Shown: positions 22,671 through 36,700 of the stretch, in pieces
Layout of the letters: every line of letters starts with the position of its first letter
How positions within the stretch are numbered: the first letter of the stretch is position 1
NCBI GenBank assembly: GCA_013265495.1
Contig: MU063048.1
Location: forward strand, 4,154,001 to 4,218,000
Direction of reading: 5' to 3'
DNA length: 64,000 bases
DNA from: Vicugna vicugna
Lineage: Eukaryota
Translations under genes and position numbers: made by a program
The notes under the pieces: generated by a model
The model's input: the letters and a program-made list of their open reading frames with translations, nothing else
What the model was told of the DNA's origin: nothing
The model's database searches: none

Positions 22671-25600
22671 TGACAAACTAGCTGAAGAGAGGTCAAAGGG
22701 AGAAACTTGGAGCCTCGTCGCGCCAAGGAAGCGGGGGGCCCAGGGAAGGGCCCAGTGGCGCCCTGAGCACCCGCCCTGCGGGTCAGGGGCCGAGCAGGCC
22801 TCAGTGTGCGGAGGGCGGCGGCCTGGACAGCCTGGGATGGGGGCAGCGGCGTGGGTGTTTGCGCTGGTGGTGCTGGCCTGGATCTGGAGGGGCTCCCCGA
22901 AGCCCCAGACCTCTTGTTTTCGCCAAGCTCCAGCCGCGGTGGGCCCGCTCCGCCCTCTGCCCGTCCACGCTGTGTTAAAGGCGTGGAGCTGGTGTCGGAG
23001 CTGAGACTTTGCCTGTTTCTAATCGGCGCACATTTAGGAGTAAATGCCTCGTACATCACAGCAGTGGTGCCTTCATCCCATGTTCCTGCGCACCCTCCTG
23101 GGAGCTGCGTTTCCGTCCATCTGTGACTGTAAGCCTGACACCAGGGGCCACCTTCCGAGGAGCACAGGGTGTTGCTGGTGACCTTGGCCTGATCCCAGCG
23201 GCCAGCTCTCACCTCCTGGCCACCCTGGTGCGTCACAGGAGAGCAGTCTGTGTCCTCTGGACAAGGCGTCGCTGGGGGGAGGGGTTCCTGGCACACGTGC
23301 CCCCGCACGACCGTGTTTGCAACCTCAGGAAGGAGGGTGGGAACTGACGGCCACCAACGCTGGCGCCTCCGGAAGCCCTGGGTTGCGGGAGAGGGTCAGT
23401 TCAGGGCGCTGCTGACAGCCCACAGTGTCTGTTTGCCGGTTCTGTGGTTTGCAGGATGGAGCCATCAGATCTTTGCCCCAAATCTGTGCACTCAGGCCTC
23501 CTGGGGGCCCCAAGGTTGCTGGGAGGTGAGCAGCATGGAAATGAGCTTCACTGTCTAGAATTTCGAAAAACCCTGCAGCTGTGTGGTGACAGCAAACTGA
23601 GCAGAAGTCAGCCGCCCGCCCACCCGGAGGAGGCGAGGCGTGGCTCGGGGAGCCGGGAGCTTTCAGGCTTCAGAAGGAAGATGCGTTTTGTTGAGAAGTG
23701 CTAGGTGCTCACCCCGGGCCGCGGTTGACCTGCGGATGACTTCAGCTTTTGGAAACATGGAATGCAGAGTGAAAACTGAAAATGCAGCTAAAGACAGACG
23801 GCGTTGGGAGATGATTATCTCTCAGTACGGCTGTGCCGTTGTTACCTTCGGAAGGTTATGTTTGGAGAGTGGAGGTCCACTGGCTTCGTTTTAAATGTCC
23901 TTTTAATTACAAAGCCAACTTAGAAAAGATTCTGGTTTTTTCGTATTCATGCACTTTTTTCCTGTCTTGTCCCAGTGTGGAGAAAGGAATTCTATTTAAA
24001 TGTCTGACCTGCTCATTGATTAAGGAACCCCAGGCATCAGTTAGTTCTGACAAGCCCCGCGTTCCCGCGTGTGTTGCGTAGAGTGGGGAAGGTTCATCTA
24101 ATCACCCGTCTCCGCAAGCTTCGTCTTCTCGTTCACGAGGAAAGGGGCACAGAAACACTTCATATTGAACTAGCTTTTTCAAATCGAACCAAGAATCTTG
24201 CTCCTGGAAACTGCACAGCGCCTGCTTCTGGAAGTCATTTTTCCCTCTAAACAAACACTGAAGCCCAAAGATGGGAAGAGCCTAGAGCCTAAACTGTGCC
24301 CCTCAGCCGGCCTCAGTGCCTTTCACCCCACGAAGTACGCGTCTTCAGTCTCCTTCTCTGAAGAAAGGAAGAAGACTGTGATTCTCGTAATCAGGCGGCC
24401 GGGATGTGTGGCATTTCCGTAGGCCTCCGTGTTCGGGCGACGGGAGCTCTTGCGTCACAGACTCGGACGCCTGCTCCCCACACACCTGTCAGTCTGCCCT
24501 GGCTCCAGCGGGCGTGAGGTTCAGGGTGAAGGTCCCTTTGTTAACTCCCCGGCTTCGTTGCGCTGAGATGACACCCTGAGCTTGTTTGATTTGGCAAAAG
24601 CCAGGCGATGAGCAGCACGTATGACAGAAACCTGATTTCCGCGTGGGCAGGGCTCTTGCCTCCACGGAGCGTGTTCTGCTCTGACATTTGGGCTCCTTTT
24701 TCTCCCGATGTCTCTGAAGCCAAGTACATTTTCTGCCTGTTTTTGTAAGTGTAAAACTTGCCATTCAAAGACTCCTAAAAGTCTCTCTGACAACACGTTT
24801 TTCGAAGCAAACTGTTCATAAATCTTTTAATCAGACACCTACTTGCTCACCAGCGGACTATCTTAGCATTTTAACGGAAGTGACAGCACCCTCCTTCTTT
24901 GGAGGCTGAGCCACAGAGACTGAATACTGTTTCTACACAAAGTTGAAAACAGTTAAGCAGATACTTCCAGTGTTGGTTTCCTCTTGAGATAACCTTACAT
25001 TGAAACATACTTGCAAGTTACGAATATATTCTCACGTTCGATAGACCATCCAAGTTTGTCCATCTGGAATCTCAGTGAGTAGGTGGCGGGGTCACGGTCA
25101 CTGGCTCACTCGTCTGGGGCGCGTGTGCAGGCCGGGCCCCCCCAGACGTCGGCTACGCGCAGACACGGGGAAATCACAGGGGCACCCCTCGGGGTCCGAG
25201 CGGCCCCAGCCGCCAGCGGGAAAAAAGCCTTACCTGGACAATAAGTGTGTTCAACTGTCTTCAAGTGTCCAAGCTACTGAAAAGAGGGACACTTTTTTTT
25301 TCATTTTTTCCTGGGATGGCCGCCTTATCTTTAGAGTAAACACTGGGGACAGAAGAAAAAAACTCATAAAAATATGGCTTAAAAAAATACAACAGTGTCT
25401 CAGGCGCGCTCTCCCACGCACTCCTGTGACGCCATTACACCAAGCTGGTCGTCAGAAAGGACTGTCACCGTCAATTTTTCGTTTGTGAAGGGTTCTGATT
25501 CTTTCAGCATGTTCCTATGGTTTTATGGAGCCCCAGACCCCCGGCAGGCCCCCTCGCTGTTGTCAGACAAGGCTGCTGTTAACAGATGTTTGGGTTCCGT

Positions 25601-28569
25601 CAGCTTCTTCCCACCGCTGACTTCACGAGGGGCTCTGGGAACGGGTGTTTATACTAAGCCTAAATTGATAGGGCAAGTTTAATGCAGTCGGGTCAAAGGT
25701 ACAACTGCTTAGCCGGGCTCATCAGCCACTCAAGTTTCAGCCTCGGTTTATAAAGAAAGGGCTGCGGTGATAACATCTGGCTGTTGAGCGTGACTGCGTT
25801 TTGCCTCCTATGATTGAACGGAATTTAATGGCGGGGGGGGGGGAACCCAGGGCAGTGTCATCCCTGAATTATGGTTCCAGATAGATTAGGCAAAGTGGCA
25901 GGCTGATCAGCAGGGGGCGGCCACCTAGCAGGCTGGTGAGCGGCCTCGCTCCCCCGGTTCCGCCCGCCCCGACCACCCCACCCCGCCCGCTCCAGCCCGC
26001 TCTCTGGTGATGCTCGTCCGGCTGGCAGTGACGCACCGCTCAGGGAGGAGCAACTGCCGGGGAACCTGTGCTCCCAGGGGGGCTGCGGACCCCTGGGCGT
26101 GAGCACGCCCACCCCTGGGCAGGGGGTGCCCGGCTGGGTTCCTGCTGCCGGAGGAAGGAGGCGAAGTGGCTCTGGCGTCCACCATCCTGCCAGCTTGCCT
26201 GCTTCAGGCCAGGGTTATGAGGACACTGTGACCTTGGGGCCAAAACACATGTGTCGTAAGCCAGCTCTCGGCACCGCAGGAGAGGACTGCGGCTCCTCCA
26301 GCCAGGGCCCGGCGCGGTTGAGCCCAGGGCCTCCGGGGCCGAGCTCTGAATGCACAGCAGCCTCGTCAGCCATCTCAGCGGCGCGAGAAGCGGACTGTGT
26401 GCGTCGGCCTCCACGTCACCCCGGGTCTGTGAAAGTGTCCTTCCCTTAGCCTTTCGGTCGCGGTGTGTCTGTACAACTTCTTAAATTTGCAAAAACTGCT
26501 TTTAGTGTCAGCAGGTAGGTAGACCAAACTTCTGTGAATGATGGCAGAGACGACCCTCCCCGTGCAATCAGGCTGGGAGGGTGGCAAGCAGGGCCAGCAC
26601 GTTCACCGTGCTTCTGCTCTAACGTGGAGTGACGTTCCTGGCCCTGGTGCGCGATCGGGGCCAGTAGGGGAGGCGCCTGGCCCCGCAGAGGCTGTGGGGC
26701 GAGACGCAGGCGTGGCACAGGTGAGAGGACCTTGGGGGGACTTGATCCCAGTCCCGGGGCCTCACAGCCGTCTGGCCTCCGGGGGCTCCCCGAGCCTTTG
26801 TTTCTTCGTTGTAGTCGGGGCTGGTGTCTTGTCTGCTTTCCTGCGCGTACTTACCCTGCGTTGTGTGAGTCGAAGGAGACCCAAAGCCCTTCTCGAGCCC
26901 CAGGCCCATGTGAACAGGAGAGTTGCCATCACTGCCCCGCTGGCGGTCCCTCTGGCTGACACCTGGCGATGGGATGGGGGCAAGTTTAACTCTTCGAGGT
27001 CGCCAAGTTAGAAATGAGGCCCCCGAAGGGAACTTCCTGCCTGTGACGTAACACAGCTGACCCAGCAGGCCCAGACGTACCAAGCGGCTGCATTAAGGGC
27101 AGTAGTTAAGAGGCGCCGTTTTTCAGCTGCAGGGTCTTTTCAGCAGGTCTCCTCATCGCAGGGGGACGTTGAAGGCGGAGCCATCAGGTGGCGCGGATCC
27201 TTGTCTGCCCTGCGCCCCTTCCTCCTCCAGTCCCTTTGTCTCCACCTCAACTCAGTGACCGTCCACAAAGCGCGTCCCCCGACCAAACGCGAAGCAGGCA
27301 CACGTGGCCACCGGGCGAGGAGTCCCCGTGAAAGAGGAAAGCTGGGCCCCAAAACTGCAGCCACACTGCCCTGTCCCGTCCCCGTCAGAGGCTCATCCCC
27401 GCCCGAGAAGGAAGATGGGAGGAAGAATACAAAGTGAGCCTAAGGTGAGCCTTCACTCCTTTGCGCTAACCAGCCAAGGGCCGGCCTCCCTCGCCCTTCC
27501 TTGTTAATGGCCACCGGCAGTCTCGGTCCGCGGGCTGGGCCATGACTTCTCTGGCGCGTGAAGCTGAAACTCTCCAAAGTAATCTCGACTACACACTTTG
27601 GGTCCTGAGGAGCACAGGCCACCTTGGGGTACAGCGGGAACAGACGGACCCCCCACCGCTGCTTCCCTGCCGGGCTGTGTCCCAGGGAGCTACAGACGGG
27701 GAACGTCTGTGGACAGACGGACGCATTTCCACGGCACACGTCGTGTGAAGGCGATTCTGGTGAAGGAAGACGTGTGAATCCTGCGGTTAGGGCCATTCTA
27801 CTTCAGCTGTTCCAGCTCTTCCAGTGGGGTGGCAGGTGGAGCCTGATCCTGTGCCACCGTGGCCTGCACAGCCCAGTCTCCGTCTTCTCCCCGACTGAAA
27901 TGCCCGGAGTCCTGCCTGCTTGGAGGTGCAGGATGATCATCCTAATCTGGGCTGGCTTGCATTTTGTGTCCACCTGAAAACTGACCACTGGGACTCAACC
28001 TCTCATCCCTGAAGTGAGGAGGCCCACCTTGTGACGTTGGCCCGGTGGGGTAGGTCTGGGGCTTGGGTGAGCGGGTGCCTCACAGCTCCCCGAGCCCTGG
28101 CGCCAGCATCTTGTGACTTCTCGGTCACCTCCCTGTCTCCCCTGCTGCCACTGCTGCTGTCCTGGTGACGCTGGGCTCTCCTCGCTCCACCACCCGCTCT
28201 TCAGCTGTGACCCTGGCTCTCCCGGCCACCTGCCTCCAGACGTCCCCCTCCAGCCGGACATCAGGCCACTTCCCACATGGTAGGGGAGCACCCACAGAGG
28301 ACCCGTCCTTCCTCCACCGTGGCTGGGCCCAGAGCACAGCGCCTGCTGCGTCTCAGTCAGACTCCCACTGAGGGTCCTGGGTGGGAAGGTGATCAAGGAC
28401 CAGACAGGACAGACGGCCTGGGCTCCCCTCTGACGGCGGGCAGCATCTGCTGCAGCCGCAGGCCCCAGGAGGGGTGAGGGCTCAGGCTGGGCGGAGCCCA
28501 GTGACTGCACTCAGCACACCGTGCAATTCGGAGCAGGTGCTTCTAATTGTTTCTAGACCCACTTCAGGC

Positions 28570-28720
28570 TTGTCGTGTGCTCAGACAAGCCACTCAACCG
28601 GTCTGTTTCCTTGCATGTCAAGTGGAGATAATGACCCTTACCTGCATCACAGGGGCATCGTGCGAATTAATTAACGTTTGTGAAGAGCTTGGAAGATGCT
28701 CAGCTGGTTACGTGTTGAGG
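28570..28720 (+). mobile_element. MIR SINE relic
   Basis: caagccactcaacc...gtttcc...gtggagataatgacccttacctgcatcacaggggcatcgtgcgaattaatt follows the MIR core. Confidence 0.6.
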
Positions 28721-31700
28721 GACCCTGAGGATGGACCTCGTGTGTTATTAGAGCCCCCACCCGGCCCCACCACTCACTGAGACGCCCAGGCTCTGACAGC
28801 ACCCAATGTGCCGTCCACACAGGGCCTCGACTTAGCCCAGCGGGTTGACCGCTGACAGCGTGGGATGCAGCTACGACCCCTGGACCCACGGCAGCCTCCC
28901 GGAAGCCGGGAGGACCCGCCGTGCGTTTGCTGTTCGCGGTGCTTGCTGGGGTTTCTCTCCCCGCTCACGTGGCGACACTCAGATGCAGGTTAAAACCTGC
29001 CCGCCGGGGCTTGCGGCCTCTTCAGACCGTATCTCAGGGTCAAGGTGGGAGGCCGTCTGGTGAGACCAGCGCGGACTGAATTGCAAATCCGAGGGACTCC
29101 TCTGGAAAGGAAGAGGCCCTGACGCGCTTGTCCTCCGGGCGGCGCCCTGGAGGTGCCGGGTGCTGCGGTGCGCACGCCTGTCCCTGGCCACCTGTCCCTT
29201 GCTGTTGTGTCTGTCTGAAACAGACTTTAAGCAGGATTTGGATGTTAGATTCGCCATCTTCTGTGATGCTGTGTTCCCTACACCTCACAAACCAAACAGG
29301 TGGGTGGAACTCGGGTCCCAGCAGCTAATAATCAGAACAGGAAGCGCTGGTCCCCAGCCGGGTCCGAGCTCTGTCTCTTGTCCAGTGATGGAAGAAGTCG
29401 TGCCCGCCACTTAGGGTCCGACCGCGCTCGGTGCCGGCGACTCACCGAGGGGCGATCCTGCACGTCCTCCCCCTCGTGCTCCTCCGCTTCCTCCTCACGT
29501 GTCCTCTCCGCCCCCGCCGCCTTTCCGGAGCGATCCGTGTGGCGTCAGCGGCCCTTCTCTTTGGGGCAGTGTGTGCGTTTTTCTGGATGTTGGGGCTCTA
29601 AGCCTCAAGACTCCGTGAGCCCCAGTCTTTCAGGTTTTGTCTGAAGAGTTAAGTCCAAAAGGAGATTTTTCAAACCCCTGTAACCGAAGTTCTTGGCTTT
29701 ACAGAAAAGACTCTCCAGCCCCATCAGGGCCCCTTGCGTCCGATGGCAGGTGGGTTGGTGGCCTTGCCGCCCCTTTCCCGCCACCACCCAGGGTGACCAG
29801 AGCTGGGCTTCCGACTCGCCGAGGCAGGGAGACGTGAGTGTGTCCCTCCAGGTGCCACTTAGACCCTCCTGAGGAGCACAGCCGGCCTCAGGCCGGGGCA
29901 GCGCCTCCAGGCCAGGGGCCCCCGCGCCCCACGCGGAGCCCGGGTTGAAGAGGCCTCCTTTCCTAGTGAGCCTCCGCCGCCTTGTAGGGGAATAAAGCGG
30001 GTTGAGAGCTGACGTCGCTGTTTTCACAAAATGGGCCTCATCATCTTGACCGTCTTTTGGCTTCAGTTTCCTGAGTAACCAGGCATCTTTCAAACGCCGG
30101 CGTTTTCCTCTAGGCCCCCGGGAGTTCGCCCTGGCAGATGGCCGGGTGATGGTGCCCACCCCCTTGTGGGGTCCTCGCGGCTGGAGCCCCACGCGGGGCG
30201 AGGAGGAGCAGGGAGAGCGGGGCACCCCCTCGGCCTCCCTGCGTCCCCGGGCGGGACTGGTGGGCAGCAGGCTGGCCCCTCGACGCACCTGTTACGGGGC
30301 AGCCATGCTCTGACACTCGTGTAGGGCGGGGGCGGGACTAGTGGGGTGACTGAAGGCCTCAGGTTCGGTTGAGGAGGGTGAATGGCACCGCGTGGGAATC
30401 GGGCCACAGTGAAGGCGTGAGGCAAGCCCCAGCACCCGGGGTCCCAGCACCGACCCCCTCCCGCCGCCCAGGGCCCCACCGGCCCCAGAGGCCCAGCAGG
30501 GAGTCATTCAGGCGCTAGAGGGCCGGTGGCCCTCCCTGCCCGCCCACCGGGCTCTCCTCCCCAGGCACACCCAGCTCAGTCCTCGGACGCTTCTGGCCAG
30601 GGCCTGGCTGGGGTGACGGCACCACACTGCCAGAGTGGCATCACTGCCGTCACTGCCCCCCAGGCCTGGTGCCTCGGCCTGGGGGGTAGGAGGGAGGTCA
30701 GCTGCGTGAGTTTACATGCTTTAAATATTCCAGATTCTATGGTTTTGAGAAGAATTATAAACGTGTGTTGATTTTTTAACTCTTACTTGTTTATGCCTTT
30801 AAAATTTAATCAATCCAAGAAATTCCTTGTTTCTTGGTGGTCAGTAGACTTGATGTGACTGAGTGCGCCGTCAGGTAGACCAGGCAGGGCGTGGAGAACT
30901 GGTCCCCCGGCCCACGCCAGGCGGTCCCCTCTGGGCCTCCTGGGGCCTGGGTGGGGGCACAGGTCAGTGGAGTCGGGGGGGAAAGCTGTAGATAAAACTA
31001 GATTTCACAGACTGTGGCTTCAGCTTTGAAACCGTGGGCATGTTGGAATGTGCTCATTAGAGAAGCAACGCTAATTAAAATTGGTATTTTCGCCCACGTC
31101 CCCATAAAGAGAGCACGTCGTGTACACACACCTCCGGGGGGGAGGACGGAGATTCTCGCAGTCAGCTCGTGGTGGGCCCCCCGCTGGCGGGACGACAGCC
31201 CCCAAGATAACGTTGTTGGCGATTCGGGGACGTGTTTCCTCGGTCCTCATTTGGAAATCTGATTGCAGACTCACACCCTCCGGTGTCAGGTATGTGGCGG
31301 GAGCCAGGCCACATGGGACGGTGAACTTGGCCTTCCGAGGTCTGACCGGCTGGCCTTACCGCACCCCCGACCACCCCTGGGCCCGCAGACGCCACCTCGC
31401 AAAGTGGAGGCTGTCCCCAGGCCACCTGAGGGCTCCAGCACCAGCGGCGAGGCGACGCTGACTCGCAAGGCGCTGGAAGGTTTGAGTCGCCTTTACCTGG
31501 ACAGCGGCCGGGCCGTGTCGAACAGCCCCGTGAGTGCAGGCAGCTTGCCTGCGCAAAGAAGAAAGAAGAGCTTCCACCTCGTGGATTTGGCAGATGTCAC
31601 ACGGCTGGGGTGCCGGGGCCGGGCGCCTGGGGTCCGAGTGCCACCTCGCAGCGTCTGTGCAGCCTCAGTCCAGCTTCCGAACTCCTTTGTCAGTCTCTTC

Positions 31701-32199
31701 GTAAGTGCGCTGGGCGTCAGGGTGTCCTGGACGTCAGGTTGTGACCCTGACTGTGAAATTGTCGGTCACCACGATGGCCTACCCGTCGGCCAAATAAAAC
31801 GCTTTCGGGCGATGTATACGGACAGTCTTTACACCCTTCTTTCTAGTTTTGTGTTAAAAATGGCTTTCAACCTTAAAAAAAAAAACTAATGTGAATATTT
31901 TACTTACATTTGAAAATTCTTCACTTAAGAAAGATTTATATGTGTCAGTTGAGCCTGAAATAGTCGACTGGGCGGCTTTGGAAATTTGAAAGAGCAGTGA
32001 GAGTCCATGCAGTCATCCCTGCGCTTCAGCAGCTCTGCATGTTCAGCCTCATGGTGGGACCAGCACCGCAGTAGGTTCTCAAGACGCAGAAATTAAGGCT
32101 CCGATGCCCACTGGAGAAGTGGCTGGGGGACACCTCTGAAAGATAAAGGAGCGTCAGTGGTCCATTGCTGTGTTTATTCAGTAGTTTGTTTATTTTTAA

Positions 32200-33745
32200 G
32201 TTGAGTATTGATGGAGATTTTATTGTGGCAAAACACACATGCATTTTACCGTGCTGACCGTTTCCAAGTGTACGGCTCAGTGGGGCTGGCTACGTCCACG
32301 CTGTTGGGAAACCACCGCCACACCCCCTCCCCAGAGCTCTTTCGCGTCCCAGCTGCAGGTTGGCGTCCAGCCCCTCCCCGGCCCCTGGCCAGCCCCGCCC
32401 CCCCCCGCTTCTCTGTGGATCCAGTGACGCTAGGACCTCACAGGAGTGGAACCGTGCAGTTTTTGTCCTTTTGCGACTGGCTGAGCGTCGTGTGCTCGGG
32501 GTCCTTCCACGTTTAGCAGGTGTCAGGGTTTCCTTCCTTTTCAGAGCTGCGTAGGACTCCACTGTGTGCACACGCCTCACTCTGTGTGTCTGTCGCCTGT
32601 GGGTGGGTGCTGGGGTGGCTCCGCCCTCAGCTGCTGTGAATGTGGGCGCACACATGTCTGCTCAGGGCCCTGCCTCCGGTTATTCTGGACAGACACCCAG
32701 AAGTAGAACTGCTGGGTTACATGTTAGTTCTGCTTTTACTTTCCTGAGGAGCCTCCATGCGGTTTGCCCGACAGTACCCCCACGCCCTCACCAACACCGT
32801 TATCATTTCTGAGTGGCCGTCCCGTGGGCGAGAAGCAGCGGCTCCTGCGGCTGGTGTGTCCGTGTGTGTCAGCAGCTCTCACTTGCTGTTGCCCGTTCGC
32901 GTGTCTTTGAGGAAACGTCTGTTCGAGTCCTTGCCCGCTTTTCACTTAGGACGTGTGTTTCGCTGCTGGGCTGTGCGGGTCCCTTGTATATTCTGGACCT
33001 TATCAGACACGTGACTTTCAGACATTTTCTCCCATAGCTGCCTTTGCACCCTGCTCTTTGTGCCCTTGATGCACTGAAGCTTTAAGTTTGGACGTGGCCC
33101 CGTGCGCCACTGCCTGTGCTTTTGCTGTCATATCCAAGAATGTGCTGCCAGACCCAGGGTCACAAGCCTTCTCCCTTATGTTCTCTCTTAACAGCTTTAT
33201 AATTTTAGCTCTAAGGCTCAGATCCCTCATCCACGCTGAGTTGATTTTTGTAAGCGGTGTAAGGTCAAGGTCCAGCGTCATTCTGTTGCGTGTGGATGTC
33301 CGGCTTTTCGGCCACTTGTCCTTTCCCCACTGATGGTCTCGGCGCCGTTGCTGAAAATCGCTTGATCGTACGTGCAAGGGTTTAATTCTGGAATCCCTGT
33401 TCCATCCCCCAGTGTGTGTGTCTGTCTGTCTGTCTTCCAGCACCACACCGCTGTGACTAGCATAGCTCGGTCGTAAGTTTGGAAGTCAGGAAGCGTGAAA
33501 CCTCCAACTTTGTTCTTTTTTTCAAGATTCTTTTGTCTGTTCCCAAACCCGTGAGTTTTAGGATGGAGTCTTATATCCGCCCAAAAAAACCCCAAAAAGC
33601 TATTGCAGTTTTAACAGGGACGGCATTGGGCGTGTAGGCGTCCCTGGGTGGTGCTGCCGTCTTGACATGGGAGGCCCTTGAATCCATGAACACAGGGTGA
33701 AGAGTTTCCATTTGTTTGTGTCTTTCGCAGCTATTTTCGATGTTC
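32200..33745 (-). mobile_element. Ancient 5'-truncated LINE-1 (L1MB-like): 3' part of ORF2 plus 3'UTR
   Basis: Minus-strand translations KNLEKKNKVGGFTLPDFQTYDRAMLVTAVWCWK and RMTLDLDLTPLTKINSAWMRDLSLRAKIIKLLRENI are degenerate L1 ORF2p. 32210-32760 resembles the reverse complement of an L1MB 3' end. Confidence 0.88.
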
Positions 33746-36700
33746 CATTAAAAGCACAGCACCAGCTTAGAGCTTGGAGAAAAGGGAAAATGAATCTTCT
33801 TTCCTGGAGTGGACCACAGGCCAGTCTGAATCAGACAGGTTCTAAGAAGGAGTCAGACAGAGATGAGAAGTGGCCCCAGTGGAGCGCATCGGGGTGACGC
33901 CTGGCGGGTCAGAGGACCGCGCATTAGGACCCGCGGGAGACTGAGCTGAGCACACAGGCCGGGGGGTAGGCAGGGAGGCCAGGAGCCCAGTGGGCGGTGA
34001 CCCGGCTGCCCGAGGAGGGAGAGAAGGAGGCCCCGCAAGCCTGGAGTGATGGGGGCACTTAGCCTCGGGTGACCAGCTGTGTGTGTGTGTGTCAGTCTGT
34101 GCCCGTCCAACACGCAGGAGGGATGCACGGAGTGTGTGGACGAAGGGAGCCCGTCGGCGGTTTCTGGGCGGCCAGAAAGCAAACCTGCAGTTTCTCAAGC
34201 GCGGGCCTCCCGGGAGAGCCTCTCCTGACCTCCCATCACCGGTTCTAGCACTTGGCCCTCCGGCGAAGGTTTGTGACGGTCACTGTCCGCGAGGAGACGT
34301 AGCCGTCGGTGTGGCAGGTAGCAGGTGAGCGCATGGCGTCTGGCGCTGTGTGCTCGGGAGAAGGGCGTTGCGCGGTGACGGTGCAGGCAGGCAGGGTGGA
34401 CACCATGTCTGCGAGGTGGCCGAGGCTGCAGACCCCCCAAACACCCGTGCTGTCCGCCCTCCCCCCGATCCCTGAGGCCCGGCCTCCAGCCAGAGACCCA
34501 CAAGTAGGCGCCGAGAGGTCACTGCGGAAACCTGGAAGCCAACGGTCACACCATGTGACCCTAAGTAAAAGCCCACGGTGGGGCCACTTCCTGCGGGGCA
34601 GAGCGGGGAGTGGTGGGGGTGACCTCTGGGTATGAGACCTGGTGTGTCCTAGCCCCTGGCCACAGCCGTCCCCCACGGCCTCGCACTGCCGGGTGGCTGT
34701 GCGCTCAGCGTCGTCAGAGCCCTGGTGGCCCAGGACCCAGAGATGGAGGCTCCTGGAGCATCGAGGGGGGCCTCCTTCCCTTCCCTTCCTGGTCCCTCCC
34801 TGCAAGGACCGGAAACGCCGTCTGGGCCATGTTGGCAGGTGGGTGCGTGAGGCCCACAGCGCGCTCAGGGGCCCCGATCTGTCTGACTTTCCCAGCCCCT
34901 CCCTGAGTGTCCTAACCTGCGGGACAGGTGTGAGCTCAGATGCGGCGAGAACAGGCCAGGGGTGAGTGTGGGCCGCGGCCTATGTGCCCCAGCAGGCCCA
35001 GGGCCGCCTGCCCGACCAGACCTGAGGGCTGGGAGCGCTGGTGGAGGTGGTGAGGCCCAGCAAGACGAGACCGATTCAGGTGCGGCGCCCCTGGGGCCCA
35101 GCCCTGCTGAGCCCAGGCCTGGATTTTGTCCCGCAAAGGGCCAGGGGGAGCCCCCGTCCTCACTGGTGCCCCCGCTCTGCCCCAGAGAGCACGGGGGCCT
35201 CTGGGCATTTTCCTGCTCTGTTCACACGTGTTCGCTTCTCAGTCTAACAGGACTGTCGCAGTCCTTTAAGGCACTTAGTTAGAGGCAGTGAGGCTAGAGG
35301 TTCCCCTCTGTACTTGCTTCCTGCTCTACTGGGTGCTGCCAGGGTGCGAGGGGCCCCTGGAACGAGCCATCTGGGGGCACTGCGAGGGGCCGGCCCTTCC
35401 AGGAGCCGCTTCCACGTTCAGGAGGAGACGGCATGCCCCTGGCTGCTGGCTGTCTTCTCGGCACGTGGATGCCCCCAAAGAGGAGCTGCTGGGCCAGGGC
35501 AGAGCCCGCCGCCCTCCTGCCTTTGGGGGTGCGGCCGCCTCCACGGTTCGAGCTCTGGGCGCCTTGCTGGTGGTGTTCACACCAGTCTCTGCTCAGTGGG
35601 CAGGGATGGGCGCCGCCGCGGCCTCAGAGGCGGTCAGACAGCCGGGCAGCCACTCGGGCCCTTTCTGGGGGTGAGGGTTAGCGCCACCAGCCAGGAGACG
35701 CGCCAGGAGGGCCTTTCTGTCCTTCCTAGGGGGCCTGGAAGGCAGGTCTAGAAAATGCTTCTGAAACCAGGAGCCCGCCACCTGCATGAGGGAACAAGAC
35801 AGGTTAGCACTGTTTTCTCAAAAAGCTGGCGGGACCCTCCATCCCAGGGATAGCACCAGAGCAACCCAGAAATGTCTGTAGAGAAGGACGCGGTGAACTT
35901 CCCTCCAGTGCAGGGAAGAGGTGGCTGGGAGGGTCACGAGGGTGACCGGCCATTGTCTGGGCAGAGCTGGAATGTGGCAGAAGGAGGCGGGGCCCTTTGC
36001 CGCGCAGCAGTGCTGCAGCGAAGAAGGCGCCAGCTGGACCTGCTGCGTCTGCGCGTGTGTAACGTGCTTCCCTCTGCAGGTGCGGTGACAGGAGTTCACT
36101 CCTCTGGGAATCGTAGTTGGACGGGGGGCTCACCAGGAGACAGAAACGCACCCTCAGATGTGCTCCATGGAGGGTGGCGTGCACAGCGTCACCTGTGTGA
36201 TGCCACCACCATCAGACGGTGGGTTAGGCTTAGAGGCCGAGTAGCTGCCCGATGAATGGCCCCTGAATTGACCTCTGAGCCCGAGTTCCCCCATCTGCTA
36301 AGAAGTGAGTGGCGCGTCCTTGAAACCTGGCAGGGTGAGCCTAGCGGACGGTGTGCCCCCGCCGGCAGCAGGCCCTGCCCCCAGACTGCCCCCGAGAAGG
36401 CGTCACGGCGTCACTCAGGGCTGGGAGAACTGACGTTCACCTCCCACACCCGGAAACCCAGCCCCGTGGAAGTGACTTTCAGCAAAACCTGAACCCAGCA
36501 TGGGAGTGGTCTTCTGCAGACAACTTTTGAAGTCGATGCTTTTTTAAAAATAACACTTATAATCACATATCTGTATTTAAAAAGGATGCCTTAAAATTAA
36601 TCTCATGTTCTCCGTTTCTGATTTTGTAGTGTTGCCTTTACGGCCGTTGTATCTGGAAATTCAGAGAGAATTCAGAATAAGTTCGTGGAGGAGCTGTGAG

